The position numbers and the translations under genes are program-made. From Octopus vulgaris (lineage: Eukaryota): DNA of 64,000 nucleotides. The notes beneath the pieces are model-generated. The model worked only from the letters and a program-made list of their open reading frames with translations, was not told the DNA's origin and ran no database searches. Positions 50,720-64,000 of the stretch are shown here, one piece after another. Every line of letters begins with the position of its first letter. Within the stretch, counting starts at the first letter, position 1. The DNA lies in assembly GCA_951406725.2 (NCBI GenBank), contig OX597814.1, forward strand, positions 155,930,001 through 155,994,000. Reading direction: 5' to 3'.

Positions 50720-50880
50720 TAGGGAAAGTTTTCGAAAAAAAACAAAAGACGAAGATAGGTGGTGTACAAAACAAACAGCTGTATTAGTATAACGCTCAGG
50801 AATAGAAAAAGTCTTTTACGTTTCGAGCCTACGCTCTTCTATAGAAAGGCACACAGAAACAACAAGGAGAGAAACAATGA
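50720..50880 (-). mobile_element. Family A short repeat with HHR-like motif (50813-50848)
   Basis: Minus strand ccttt-ctataga-a-gagcgtaggctc-gaaa-cg-ta-aaag. The 3' end abuts (TA)n. Confidence 0.65.
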
Positions 50881-52152
50881 GAGATGTATGTATGTATGTA
50901 TATATATAGCTACGTGAATGTGTATTCTTTAGAATAGTGAGATGTGAGTTCAAAAAATATTGACAGCTATATCTTGCAGGTAAAGCAATGAATCACAAAA
51001 AGGATTGCTTATTGGCTCAATTAATATGCTTTCATGAATGAATAATAAAATGATCGTGTTTGTTTAAATGTCTTGTTTTTTAAACACAATATTTTGTAAT
51101 TATTGAGGCTTTCTGCATTGCATGCGCTTCTCCAGCTACAATCCCCTATCCTTTTTCAGGTTTAATATTTCAACCTGAAATTCTTATTTTTACCATGTAA
51201 ATAAGGTGAGATTTGAAGGAGATTCATTTTTACTATACGTACAATAATAAAGAAAACAATAGAATGTGATACGAGGGAAATTTAGCAGTTATATCAAGCA
51301 AAAAGAGAGACGATGTTGAGGTTAACAGCAGACTGAAAAGAGAGAAACAGTGGATGGACAGTACCTGATGCAATGACGTTAATATTTGAAAGCTCAGCCT
51401 TCACTTACATGGTCAACTATATGAACGATGAAGAATTACTTTTGCAATCAAATAGACTTCGAAATCGATCACACCGTGCAGTAATTTGGTCGAAGCGTTT
51501 TAACATAACATGTAATACTCTGTGCCCTAAGATAAGCCATGTGAACAAACTACGATAAAATACATTCCAACTATTACTCTCTCTTCTTTTATAATGTATA
51601 CTGAGCTCGACAGCATATCTTGGTTTCTAGAACTGCATCACATGATAAGAAGGCAGTATTTCAGCTATTTCTAGGACGAGAGATGATGCTGATATACCTT
51701 TGTCTGCTAGTACGGAAATGGTTAAATGGAAGACGTGACAGCCCAACGATGTAATGAATCGAGGATATAACAGCCCATTCTTGGGCTTCATGTATAGATC
51801 CATCCATATGCTCCGGTTTTCGAAAAACTCTGATCGCGAATAAATCGTACTATATATATATATATACACACTCACGTAATCTGTGCATGTATCAATATGT
51901 GTATCTAAAGGAGTGATTAATAAACCTGCTGCTAGAACAGCATAAACAAACAAATATTAGCAAAAACCATTGATTCCCACAGGGCGTGTTCGCGTGTTTC
52001 TGATGGCTTATGGGTTTTTCTTTTGTTTGATGATTTATGCTTCATATTCACATATACGGACAACATACATACAAGTGTGTGTGTGTGTGTGTACCTACCT
52101 ACCTGCCTGCCTGTCTGCCTACCTACCTACCTACCTAAATACATGTATATAT

Positions 52153-52379
52153 ATGGCCTAGTGGTTAGGGCAGCGGACTCGCGGTCGCAGGATCGCGGTT
52201 TCGATTCTCAGACCGGGCGTTGTGTGTGTTTATTGAGCGAAAACACCTAAAAGCTCTACGAGGCTCTGGCAGGGGGTGGTGATCCCTGCTGTACTCTTTC
52301 ACCACAATGGCGGTGCCCCAGCATGGCCACAGCTCAAGAGCTGAAACTGGAAAAACAAAACAAAAACAAACAAAACAAA
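52153..52379 (+). mobile_element. Chimera: SINE family 2 head fused to a CR1 LINE 3' tail
   Basis: 52153-52307 matches 29670-29826. 52306-52348 matches 14183-14225. A (CAAAA)n tail follows. Confidence 0.85.
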
Positions 52380-52401
52380 TATACACCTACCTACCTACCT
52401 A

Positions 52402-52468
<67 letters not shown>

Positions 52469-54494
52469 AAATAAAGAGTGAGTTACAAATGCCGCGTGCA
52501 GTAGAGTAAACAACATTTTATTATCTTTATAGTAACAGTAGATTGCTTGTTAGTAGTATAAGTGTGCATGTGCACGAGTGTGTACCGCAGTGTGTACTGA
52601 CGTTCATGTGACTTTTAAATTGCTAATTCTCTTTCATTTCGGCTTTCCTGCTTCATAAATCTATCTATATTTTTTTAGATAAATATTGCATTGTATTGCT
52701 TCACAATTAGTTCTCATATGAATGTTCTGTACTAAAAAGCCTTATATTGTGATATTAAATTTTCGCTCTCTTTCAGTCTCCTCTGCTAATCACGACTTTA
52801 TATTTATCGACTAATGTGCTTCGTGCTACAATATTAAAGTGCATTCTACTAGTATGTTTACAGTGTACTTTAAAATGTTTCTATGAACTCTGAAATGCTG
52901 TCTATTAATTGCTTATTTAGGTACCTATTGTATCATGAGTCCTTCATTTGTACATGAATAATTTTCACGATATTGATTTATATTTTGTTTTGATTAATTT
53001 TGCTTTTATCTTTCGTTTACGTTTTAGCTAATTTTCTTTGCGTGTTGTTGATTAAATTTCAAAGCGTAAAATCACAGTGTGGGGAGAGATGTGGGAGGAA
53101 GAGGTGAACTTCAATTTCGATTCATCAACGATGTAAATTTAATAAGTATCCTTAAGCATTTTTATTTCTTACTTTCTTAATATTTTTTATCAAATTAATT
53201 TTCATGTTTTAATGCTTTATTAACAATTAACTGATACTGCCATCCACACATTTGTTGATTTCCTTTTACAATTCCGGGACAAAAGCTAAATCTGTTATCT
53301 TTTATCTCGAGCGATTGCTATTCTATTTCTTTACTGATTTTAGTATTACTTTTGCGGTTCATATAAGTGATCATTAATTTTAAAATTAATTTATGAGAGG
53401 AAATGCACACGATTAGTTTTAAATAATAGTAATTAAATATTTTATCCATACAAATATAACTATTTCTTGAAATAAAATTACAGAATATATACTGTAATAA
53501 TGAGAATCTTACGTTTTTTAAAAGCGTCCGGTCACGGAATAAGATTTAGTCTTCATGTTAACATTTTTCATAGGGTCTGGTGAATGATGTACTCAATACT
53601 CTAAAAGGAAATTTTTGATATTTTTTTTTTGTTTTTCCTGACAAGTATTTCAAAATTATCATGATTGCTAGATACATATATGGCTCAATTAATAAGAAGA
53701 GATATCTGTAACTGTCAAAATGCTGGTGTCAGGAATCATGTCAGTCGAACACAGATTCTCGCGAATCGTAAATCTTTGTCTGTAAGACAGAGGTAAAGTC
53801 TAAGACACAGTAACTTGTAGTAAACTATATGGAATAAAAAAAGAAAGAACATTTTCACATTATAAAGTCTGTCTCCCCTAGCTTTACAAACCTGAATAAG
53901 TCAATCGGACTATGATTGCTCACCAAAATAGAGGTGCTTAATGAATTAATCAGAATAGCTTGGTTGTATATACCTAGCATGCCAACACCCACAGTGCTAC
54001 GTTATAAAATGCCAAGTTGCAAACATATTTCAACAACATTCAACAATCGACCACTTCATGCATTTTGAACGTTGAAACGTGAAACGAAAAGGAAAATTGC
54101 TAGTCTTCGTCTGTAACAATTTATTCAACTTTTCGAATCAAATTATGGCATTTAAAACGAGTGAGTATACAATAGAAAACATATGGTAAAGAGAGCTATT
54201 ATTTCTCAAATACTGGATAGCCAATACAAATTATGTTTATATATCGCTTCTGGTATCATAATGTAGATCTTAATGCATGGAGACAGTAAGCAGACATATT
54301 GAGATGGCAATTTCACAGAATTTCATACAATTTCCAAATAAATATTTCATAATTTATTTTTTCTACAAATTCAATAACTTACTGTTTCTAAAAGCACAGC
54401 GTAGGTGGCATGGACAATTTTGATACATCCCTCGAATAAGAACTGTAAAGTATATACATTACAAAAATATAAAATTTTCTCATTAATATCTGTT

Positions 54495-54630
54495 TCAAAT
54501 TTTGGTACAAGGCCATCAATTTCGAGGGAGAGCATCAGTTGATTATATCGACCCCAGCATTTAACTAGTTCAGAGTTCAAGGTCAATCTGTGCCAAGCGG
54601 CTTTATCCTGCGTGCGTTAGCTTCGTTACT
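54495..54630 (-). mobile_element. SINE family 1 copy, internally deleted
   Basis: tttcaaattttggtacaaggcca..atcgaccccag..aactag matches 27953-28030. Confidence 0.55.
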
Positions 54631-54683
54631 ATAGCAACAGTCTGGATACTTATTGATCGCACCACACACACACACACATATAA

Positions 54684-55066
54684 TATATGTATATAATAAA
54701 CGCGAAATTCTGTCTGTCCGGTCATTCAGGACGACTGTATCTCTTACATAGACATATAATACCTTTTGAGAATCGAGATGATTCCGGGATAGAAAAGCTA
54801 CCCTTCCTTTGGTTCTTGAACATCCACCATTGGGTTCAAGTCTGCTCGAGGATTTGTGATATACAGTCGAAAATTCAAACTTTAAAAGAACTCCAAAAAT
54901 TTGTGGACTTACAAGTTTTTCATTTAAACTGAATTTAAAGCAGTACCATATTGGTATGGTACCAAAAATCCTTTATTATTATTGTTCTCTTCAGTTTTAG
55001 GCCGCAAGCCTAATTTTCCCTCCTAGCTACCCTAAAAGTTTTCACGAGGTGAAGCTTTTAAGCTAA
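54684..55066 (+). mobile_element. Possible non-autonomous Helitron-like element
   Basis: The 5' end tatataataaacgcgaaattctgtctgtc and the 3' end cacgaggtgaagc..gctaat loosely resemble Helitron termini. The ends are not canonical. Confidence 0.25.
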
Positions 55067-55132
55067 TATATACATATATATGTATGAGTGTATGTATAAT
55101 GTGTGTGTATGTATATAATGTGTGTGTGTGTG

Positions 55133-55170
<38 letters not shown>

Positions 55171-56017
55171 GCGCGTGTGAATTTGCCATTACCTTGTTAA
55201 AAACATACTATCACATTAAGAATAAACAGTTAAATATTCTGGCCTGAAGCAGGGAATTTATGAGATACTCAAGTGCATATTTCTGAAAGTGCAGTCTCTA
55301 TGAAGACGTCAAGTATCCAACTGCTGTACTCTTCATCAAATGAAATATTATGTGTTGAGGTTGAGGTCAGTCTTATTTGGTATTTTGATATTTGTACTTT
55401 TCATTTCTCAATGACTATAATTACATTATTCTGCTTAGTTAATACCATTAGTGTAGCCTTAATTCAATACGCAAATTTTAATATATAAAAATTCAATACG
55501 CTAATTTAAATGCATAAAAGAGGATTCCTGACCTTGATCTAGAAACAACGACGGTATACCTAACCAACTGTAAACTGACAGGTATAGTTAGCCGTTAACT
55601 GTGATACAATTGAACGTTCTCCTGATATAGTCAGACTAAAATAGAATTAATGCAATGAATGATTGAATAAGTGAATGACTGGATAAATCAATCGATCAAT
55701 CAATCATGTTCAATTATGCTATTTTTGTTTTGTTTTAGCGTTTACGAACATTTGGCTTTATAAAAAAACGTATGAAAGCCAAGATATTGTAAATAAAATA
55801 TATATTTCAAAGTCAAGGGGAAATAAAATGCTGTTCAATAATCTAAAGCCGAATGTTTTCATATTACATTCATGTTTCTGCAGATTGTTACATACATAAC
55901 ATTTTTCACAAAACATATTTTACACTGTTGTGGCTGACTGTTAAAACATATTAAACAATGAATATAAAGCATCAGTAATTCATGAAAGTTTATGTACTTT
56001 AATACACACACACACAT

Positions 56018-56070
<53 letters not shown>

Positions 56071-58823
56071 CGATAAAAGCGATATTGACTACATGGATAA
56101 TTAATATCTATTGTTTTAGGTCTTAAAAAACTCTATTATCAAACTTATACATCCTGACCAACCCGATTACATATACACACATACAGACAGGCACACGTAC
56201 ATGATCACAGAAAACACTAAAACCTTTTGTAATCATTCGATTGGGAAACTTTCGCCCCCACCAACACAAAGAACCTCAATGTTGAAAACTAAGTATACAA
56301 TATTGATTTCATCCTTTTATTTTATAACATACAAACTTTTACGCCTATCAAAAGCTCGCCTCAGCGAAAAGAGAGACTACATATATACACATACTCACAC
56401 CTATACTGCACTTTAGTTTTAAACTCCGATGAAGATATAGAGTGATACACAATCACTCAACTATGAGTGCATTGCATATTAAAGAAGGAACACTTGTAAG
56501 CTAGTGAAATTCAGGACACAATTTCTTATTCTCTTGCTTATCTAATTTAATATTACTCTGTATTCGACTGAAGTTTTGCTCTAAAGCGCATGTATATTAA
56601 GTTCTAACAACAGATTATTATCATTAGCCTACGCAAAATAATAAAATTCAATATGAGGGTGTGTATATATGCGTGTGTATGTTGGAGCATAATTTAACAT
56701 CGTGCACTTGTTTTATCTGTCACCTGTTTTTATAAGAAATCAAGTATAATAGCTGGTAGAAAATTCTACGTACTGTCATTTTGGTTCTGGTTTCGACTTA
56801 TTATTTATTAAATTATCTACATTCTGATGATGGTATTGAGTACTTGTTTCCTGTTGGTTACACACATGCACACACACACACACACACATGAATTTATAAT
56901 ACAAATATATGAAAGTTACAGAATACCATTTAAGCTTGCTTGACCTGGCATTTACGTTTATAGTGCTGTGTAGCAGTCATCAGGATGTTTGGAAACGGTT
57001 ACCTACAATTATATTATTCTGTGGTAATTATAGAACAATTCATCTTATTTCAACGATTTTGCAGCAGTATCTTCTATCAAATGTATCGCGTATATTTTCG
57101 TGTTCAGAATTATATTTTTCATTGTTTGCGCTTATTAAATACTGTTTATACGTTAATAGTTTATTAAAGTTTTAATAATAATATCTGATTATCAAAGAAA
57201 ACTGTTTCACGTTTCGTTGAAAATACTTTTGTCGTTTAGAAGTTGTTCGATGCCGCAAGCACATTACCATACAGTTGATATCCTGGTTCACGTTACTATG
57301 TCGGTAGATATATATATTTGCAACTGACGTTCTTTTGATTTGTGAAGATAAGTACTGATGGTTGAGGGATATCTAATCATATATCTCTTGTTTTCTTGGC
57401 ACTAAAAGTAAGACCAAATTACTTTTCACTCCAACACTTAAACTAATCAGATATTGCAAGTGTCAAATGTTGTCTGTCAGAGCGACAAAAATAAAAAATA
57501 AAAAAGAGATTAGTTTCAAATCATGCAAAACACAGATCGTTACTTCTAAGCGTAGTTCCTGATTAATCACATCAGCAAAAAGGAAAAGAATATAACGTTC
57601 TTCACACTGAAGTAACCTGAGGTTGATAAAGAAATGAAAATGGTGTTTGAGATTCATGTTTTTTCTAAACACATCTGCAATGTAAATAAAAGTTCCTGAA
57701 CTGGAAAATGAGTCGATTTAACCTCTTTTGTCACACAAGGAATACATTGAGTAGTTCATATTTAATCAATTTAACTTAGAAGTAGAAACGAATATCTAAT
57801 GTTTAATTGGTGAAGCTATTTCGTTTGTCCATTTACTTATTTTATTATATTATTTCAACCCTGGATTTATACATCAACAACTACGTTTTGCTATCAGTTT
57901 GAAAGCTTAAGGACGTGAAAAGATGAAGTAAAATTAGGACACAGAAATAGGCAAATGTGTCCATATTTGTTCAGTAAATTCCCTGCAAGAATCCATTGCA
58001 ATGGTATTGTTCTGAAGCACGTCTGCAAAAGTCAGAATGCACTTGAAATACGCTTGCTAACACTTGAAAAGCCACTATCTACTCAATAAGACTTAACTTT
58101 CTTTCGGTTCTTTCTTTGCTCTAAGTGTATTTATTCTCTGCATTATTATTTAGCTTTATAATTAAAGGTCTTTATATTCCAATATTGATATGCGACTTGA
58201 AAATGTTAAATCGATATAGCATAAACATCATCAAAATATAGTGATATCTAGTTAACTACCTACTGCAGTAAAGTGAATATGTGGTGCATTTGGATGATTA
58301 ATTAATAAGTTATCAGAGAACATATGATAGCGTGTAGAAATAAGGAGTTCAGCTTTTAAACAAAATTACCCTACTGTGAATAGTAAGGAGCAACGATATC
58401 AGCAGACATATATTCTCACCTTGCTTATTTCTGGTGGTGTTTTATAGTATGATTACAATAAAGAACTATTCTAACTCATGCCACTTGCTGTAAGCTTATT
58501 ATGTATAAATTTTATAGATACTAATTGGCACAATATTTCGATCTTACAGTGTTGTAAGATTTAAACTGCATGAGTAATTCATTAGTCAGCTGTGCTGTGA
58601 TTATACCACACTTCTTGGAATGCAAACTGCAAACAATACAATGACATATGACCTGCAACAATCCGGAAAGAATAAATGCTTTTCTGGGAAATGGCAGAAA
58701 ATCATACACCAGCAAAAGTTTCCAATGTGATTAGTGAAGACACACACCACACACACACACACACTCACTCACTCACTAACACAGACGCACTCACGCACAC
58801 ACACACATGTGAGAGTACGTGGA

Positions 58824-58891
<68 letters not shown>

Positions 58892-58947
58892 CTTTATTTC
58901 GCTGGTGATCTAAGCGAATTGGTACGCTGTGTAAGTGCTAAAATTTG

Positions 58948-58983
<36 letters not shown>

Positions 58984-59584
58984 TGTGTATACAGTGAGAT
59001 GTACGACTGCTACTAAATATTTTAGAGCTTGATGTAGAGTATTTATCCAGTGACACTTGCAACATACACTGCAGTGGTGCGGTAGATGAAAATGGTTTTG
59101 AATGGAGGTGTTGTGTCGAAGCGTCTAGTATTTTAGAACCCGTTGAAGTGAGATAGTTGTTTTTCATTAACGTTTTAGTTTCAAGAATAACAATATGTTT
59201 CGTACCATTTACAGACCACATCAGACTGAGTTGATATTTGCAGTTACTTAAATTAAACCTCTGCAGACTGACGCGTGATGAATACATGTGAGGAGGAAGA
59301 GAGCATCCAGACGCTGGTTAAATGTTTCAGCCAACTATTTAGAGGTTAGGCACAGTAGAGTTGGTGTAAGTGAATAGCATGAACTTGTATAATGTGGTAC
59401 AACGTGAACTTGTTCAGAGAAGCAAATGCTGTAGCCATGGATGTCGATAGGAAAACAATATGCTAATGGACTATCGGTTACAGACTCCCATAAGTAAAGT
59501 TATGCTAATCAGGAAACTTTACTTGTTTTATCATTGAGCATTTAAAATAAATGTCACTGCTGCAGCACTGCTTATATACATACA

Positions 59585-59707
59585 CGCAGGTGTGGATGTG
59601 TGATTAGAAGCTTGCTTCTCAACCACATGGTTCCGGATTCAGTCCACTGCGTAGCACCTTGGGCAAGTGTCTTCTACTATAGCTTCGGGCCGACCAAAGC
59701 CTTGTGA
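59585..59707 (+). mobile_element. CORE-type SINE family 3 (head + CORE)
   Basis: ggttccggattcagtccactgcgtagcaccttgggcaagtgtcttctactatagc. Confidence 0.8.
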
Positions 59708-62399
59708 TCTTGAGGAAGTCTCATCTCCCTCCTCTCTCGAGACTCCATTTGATGTGCTGCAGCATGCCTTTGATGATCTTGAGAAAGTCTCATCTCCTTT
59801 CTCTCTTTTCTTTGGTGGCATATGTTTTCAACATAATATACCAACAATTACGGATATAGAAGAAATCATATTGTAATCTCTAATAAGGTAAGCAGCTGTA
59901 TGTATGTAGCTTGTCTTTATTATTGTATGCAGTATGAATTAATCAAATATAAGCAAATTAACCAAATAGAGGTACATGTATGAACTACTAATTTGACGGT
60001 AAATTTGCAACTGCTGAGATAATTATTAACTGGTAATTGAATGGTAAATGTGTATTTTTATATATATTGGCCCTGTCACCTCATTGCTCTTTGTCAAAAG
60101 TTTCACCTCCAGCCGTTCGTTATGTCAGTCAACACACATTGTCACACCATTTCACTCTCGTGACCGTAAAGACGGAAATTTACCGATGTGTAATATTGTT
60201 CACATTAGGATATAATACGAATTAAAAGTGTAAGACTAAAAGCGAAACAGTATTATAGTCTTATCAATTAGAATTAAAAGTAAAAGAATAAAAGCGAAAC
60301 AGAATTATATCACATTGCAATATAGGTGTTATTTTTCACTTTTGATATGAAATACCTAACCAGTACCAATGCTGTATTATTTTAATCCAAATATAAATAA
60401 TTACATGTTGACAAGCATGTCGATACTCTTACCATGTAGAATTTGATTTGATTTGATTTGGTTGAGACGTTTGAGAATGCATTGGAAACGGACAAAGAGA
60501 AAGAGAACTATATATATATATATATATATATATATTTACGCGCGCACACACACAAAATCATTAATCAAGTGTTATGCGTAATTTTACTTGTAATCTATTT
60601 TGTTAAGCAGCTTTTCGGAACTGAAGTAGTTTATGCCACTGAAGAGAACAAAATGCAGTGAATCCTAATATATTTAGTTTACTGCATTTTGTGTGAAACA
60701 TTTCTACAGTTTCCTCAGGTTTACCAAAGCTTTTGGGATTGAAGTTGATAGACGGACATTCTGTGGAAGTCAATCGAAGGAGTTTCAACTCTTTTTTTTA
60801 TATTTCTAAACTTAACTTATTGTCGCGTTTTAACCGCCACCTAGTTTTCGGTTGCCATTAGCAAGGTTTACTCTCTTGCAAGCAATTCAACTATGTTTCT
60901 TGCTTTTTGACCTTCAAAATACTTAATCTTGAGACGAGTCATATGCACTGCCATTACACCTGTAAGCTGTCAAAAATTGGATCACAGCAATTCACGAACG
61001 TTTCCATGTATTTCTTTGCTACAATAAAATAAATGGGTCACAGAAATTCAAGAATGTTTCCACGGATTGCTTTACTAAAATCAAAAGCCCCAGTATTGAT
61101 TACACTAGTATGACGAAAACTTCATTGAAGAAGCAGAAGCAGAAGCAGCCTCACCATTTATTAACGCCAGGAATGAATTGCCAACTTCGACTGTACCAAC
61201 TCGTGGATTTGTACTTGATTCTGAACGTATCTGCATGTGATCTGTGGTGTTTAATTGATTGTCTCACGTTATTTTCACCACACAAGTAACGACAACCAAT
61301 TGGATAATATGTTTGATGGTAAATAATTCGATGGTGGTGATATATTTATTAGCACTTTCTTATTGCTGAAGTCTGTTCCATATAGCTTATTAATGAATTC
61401 CATTAATTCTCTTCCCGCATTCATTTAATTCTAATCAAGCTTAGTTTGGCAGTGTAAAAATTAGTTTACATATTCTTTTTCTACTAGAACATGAAAAACA
61501 TTGCAAATGCATGACGCAATAATTCCAACTAACCGAAATTGTAGATAATTAAATAAACGTGAAAGAGAGAAGGTGAGAGAGAGGAGGGGAAGAAAGAAAA
61601 GAGAAAAGTGCAATTAATCTTCTTTAATGACTTTATAAAGTTCTAATTAGGAATTAGTGCTGGAATTTGCGGTGAAGTATATATTGATTGGCAAAGGCAG
61701 ACTCAGAATAATTACTTACGTTAAATCTAAATTTCTTGACCATAGGTACAACGCACGAGGATGAAACTAAAGATAACTTTTCACGCAAGCTTTTGATATA
61801 TTTACAATATATTATTCAGCACTTCTTTATTTTTATTTATCCTTACATATACATGCTTCCCCTTTAAGCTCTTGTCTCTCACATTGCCCTGGTGTCATTT
61901 CTTTCCTGTTGTTTCATTTTTATTTTATTTTATTCTTAAAATTGATATAATTTGTTTACGATTAAACTATCTTAAAATCTTCGTTTCTATGTGTACATGT
62001 ATATATTTATATATCCTAGTGTCATTGTCGCTATTCTTAACCGTACATGTTTTACTGTTTTGTGTTTTCTCTTCTCACATTTGCTAAGAAACTGTTTATC
62101 GTGCTTAAAACTTCAACCATCTCTCTCATTCTCTCTCTCTTTCTCTCCCTCTTTCTTCCATTCTCGCTCACACACACGCACTTACACACACACACATATT
62201 TCCCAACTTTATTCCTTCTAATATAGTAGCGCCAATATGTTCTTCATCCCTTCAAATATTTCAGCACAATTATGGTTCTAAACCATACTTCTACAAAACA
62301 AAAATTTTCTTCGATATTCAACAAAATATTCACATGCAATGTAGACGCAACATGCAACGTAAATATCATACGTAATCCTGAATCACACAATAGTATAGA

Positions 62400-63100
62400 C
62401 ACCACCGAGGGCAACCATCCGCGGAACCATGCCCTTGGTGTCTCTTCCAACTGCAAAGCGTCTCTGTTACTGCATATATCAAGAAACCACCATCGCGCCA
62501 CATGGAGTCTAACATGAGCGGTATTTAATAGGAGTTTTCCAAATGCTAGACCTCACTACAGCCAATAGTATCCCCTGGATACGAAAATAACCTAAATAGG
62601 CTCGCATCACAAAGCTTGGAACTTCTCTTCATGAAAATATTTTAGGCCCAACAAATTACTGACTCACTATAATGCATAAATAAACTACACACAAGAGTAT
62701 TGCTTCCATATCAGGAACATTACTGCATCCTAAACAACATCGACGAAAGAGACAGTTTAAATCATTAATATTAAATCACTCTCAGCTACGCTCCAGCCTC
62801 TGGCTTCCTTTTGCGCAGTTTTCTTTATCTTTTCCATCGCTACTATAATAGCCTTCGTAACTTATTTTTATTATTACTGCAACTGCCACCCCCATCTTAC
62901 TCTTCCCACTGTACACAGTTTATCTTCCTCAAGATCTCAGCAATCTCCTCCTTACACATGTATTTTTTACAGGGATTGACTTGCTACAATTTAAACGAAA
63001 CATTAACAGCATCAGTTTCTCCAGCCTCGAATTGTGTGTTGTTATCGTGGGCAATGCCCCTTCACTTAGTATTGCAAGTTGTACAGCATCTATGGTAGTT
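62400..63100 (+). mobile_element. Decayed LINE 3' fragment (CR1/L2-group RT C-terminus)
   Basis: Remnants ASQSLELLF..KLLTHYNA*I..QEYCFHI and LYLFHRYYN resemble ASxxLGxL..LLxLYKAQIRPxLEYCSHIW and LxLFYRYY. Confidence 0.55.
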
Positions 63101-63129
63101 AGGTTTTGCATATATATATAAGTGATATA

Positions 63130-63173
<44 letters not shown>

Positions 63174-64000
63174 TATGTGTGTATATATATGTGTGTATAT
63201 AGATAGATAGATAGAGAGATACATTACTTTACATTTTTTATTGACGACCAAATATTTTATTGATATTTTCCATATTATTCATCAGAGCTAATATGTATAT
63301 TTAATGTGTGAGTGTAAGTGTATTTATATTATACATAGTATAATACGTGTATGTGAGTCTGTATTTTGTGCTTTTATATAACTCGAATTATTAATATTTA
63401 TAAATATATGTTTGCATCTTTAGATTTTGAGTCAGTCTGAAATGGTGTATTCGTATGTGTATTTCAGTAAAATAGTGATTTATTTTGTGATGGAAATAAT
63501 AAAACAACATTTGTTGTGAATAAAATTTATATAAACTATAAAACATTCATAAATATTCGGATGTGAATTATCATCAGATACACAACAATAGAAAAACACA
63601 AATTTTCGATATGATTAAGAATAGATTCTTAGCTCTACCTTCAGGCGAAATCAACATCTTTCAGGTCTATTAGAGAAGTGTGATAGGTTACACTTGAGAT
63701 ATGAATATAAGAGGATGATGGTGATGGTGGTGGGGGGAGTGGGGGTGCGCAGGGTACTTCAGTGTTTTATTTTTTTCCTTCTCTTGAAATTATTCCGAAA
63801 TCAAATTGGAGTTTGATAGTCGTTGCCTGTAAATAAATTAATAGATCTATCTACATCTATACACATTCACTTCTATACTGTCGTGACATTTACTAAATGG
63901 CAAAGTAACGTATATATATTTTTTATATTTTTTAAGCTCTTTTGTATCGCATTTTGGTAAAATATCAGCGTTTTGCAGTTTAATGGAATTTTAAAAGCAT

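Noticed and set aside
58548-58652. Possible minus-strand exon (ttgcag acceptor, gtaaga donor); a similar candidate near 57542-57674
   Set aside because: Splice-like signals are common by chance in AT-rich DNA and the peptides are unrecognisable. RNA-seq is needed.
59705-59806. Short direct duplications (also ~60220-60308 and ~60978-61068) as a CRISPR-like array
   Set aside because: Each has only two imperfect copies, the context is eukaryotic, and there are no cas genes. These are ordinary local duplications.
63619-63672. Hammerhead-like ctgaaaga...tgaa on the minus strand (also ~26095-26125)
   Set aside because: The core and stems are too degenerate to support.

Overview
AT-rich eukaryotic DNA dense in (TA)n/(CA)n/(GA)n microsatellites. 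The SINE families resemble those I recall from octopus genomes, so an octopod origin is inferred but not verified. No host protein-coding gene is recognisable. All protein-like signal is transposon debris: three large Penelope-like (PLE) RT/GIY-YIG relics (one Naiad-like and nearly open), a tail-to-tail pair of CR1-group LINEs, an R4/Dong-like element, and Chapaev3-, DD37D mariner-, piggyBac- and Academ-like relics. Three SINE families are also present. The main unexplained structure is non-coding: many short elements, mostly next to microsatellites, carry type I hammerhead ribozyme (HHR) folds from roughly ten unrelated sequence families. Most have a palindromic stem III, and the 3-8 core pair covaries between families (C-G, U-A, G-C, U-G). 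Two related loci (35652-36308 and 37724-38380) are ~360-nt head-to-tail HHR repeats, the architecture of circular-RNA-producing retrozymes. Several others are foldbacks whose two ribozyme-sense arms point outward. All folds were parsed by eye, and activity is untested.
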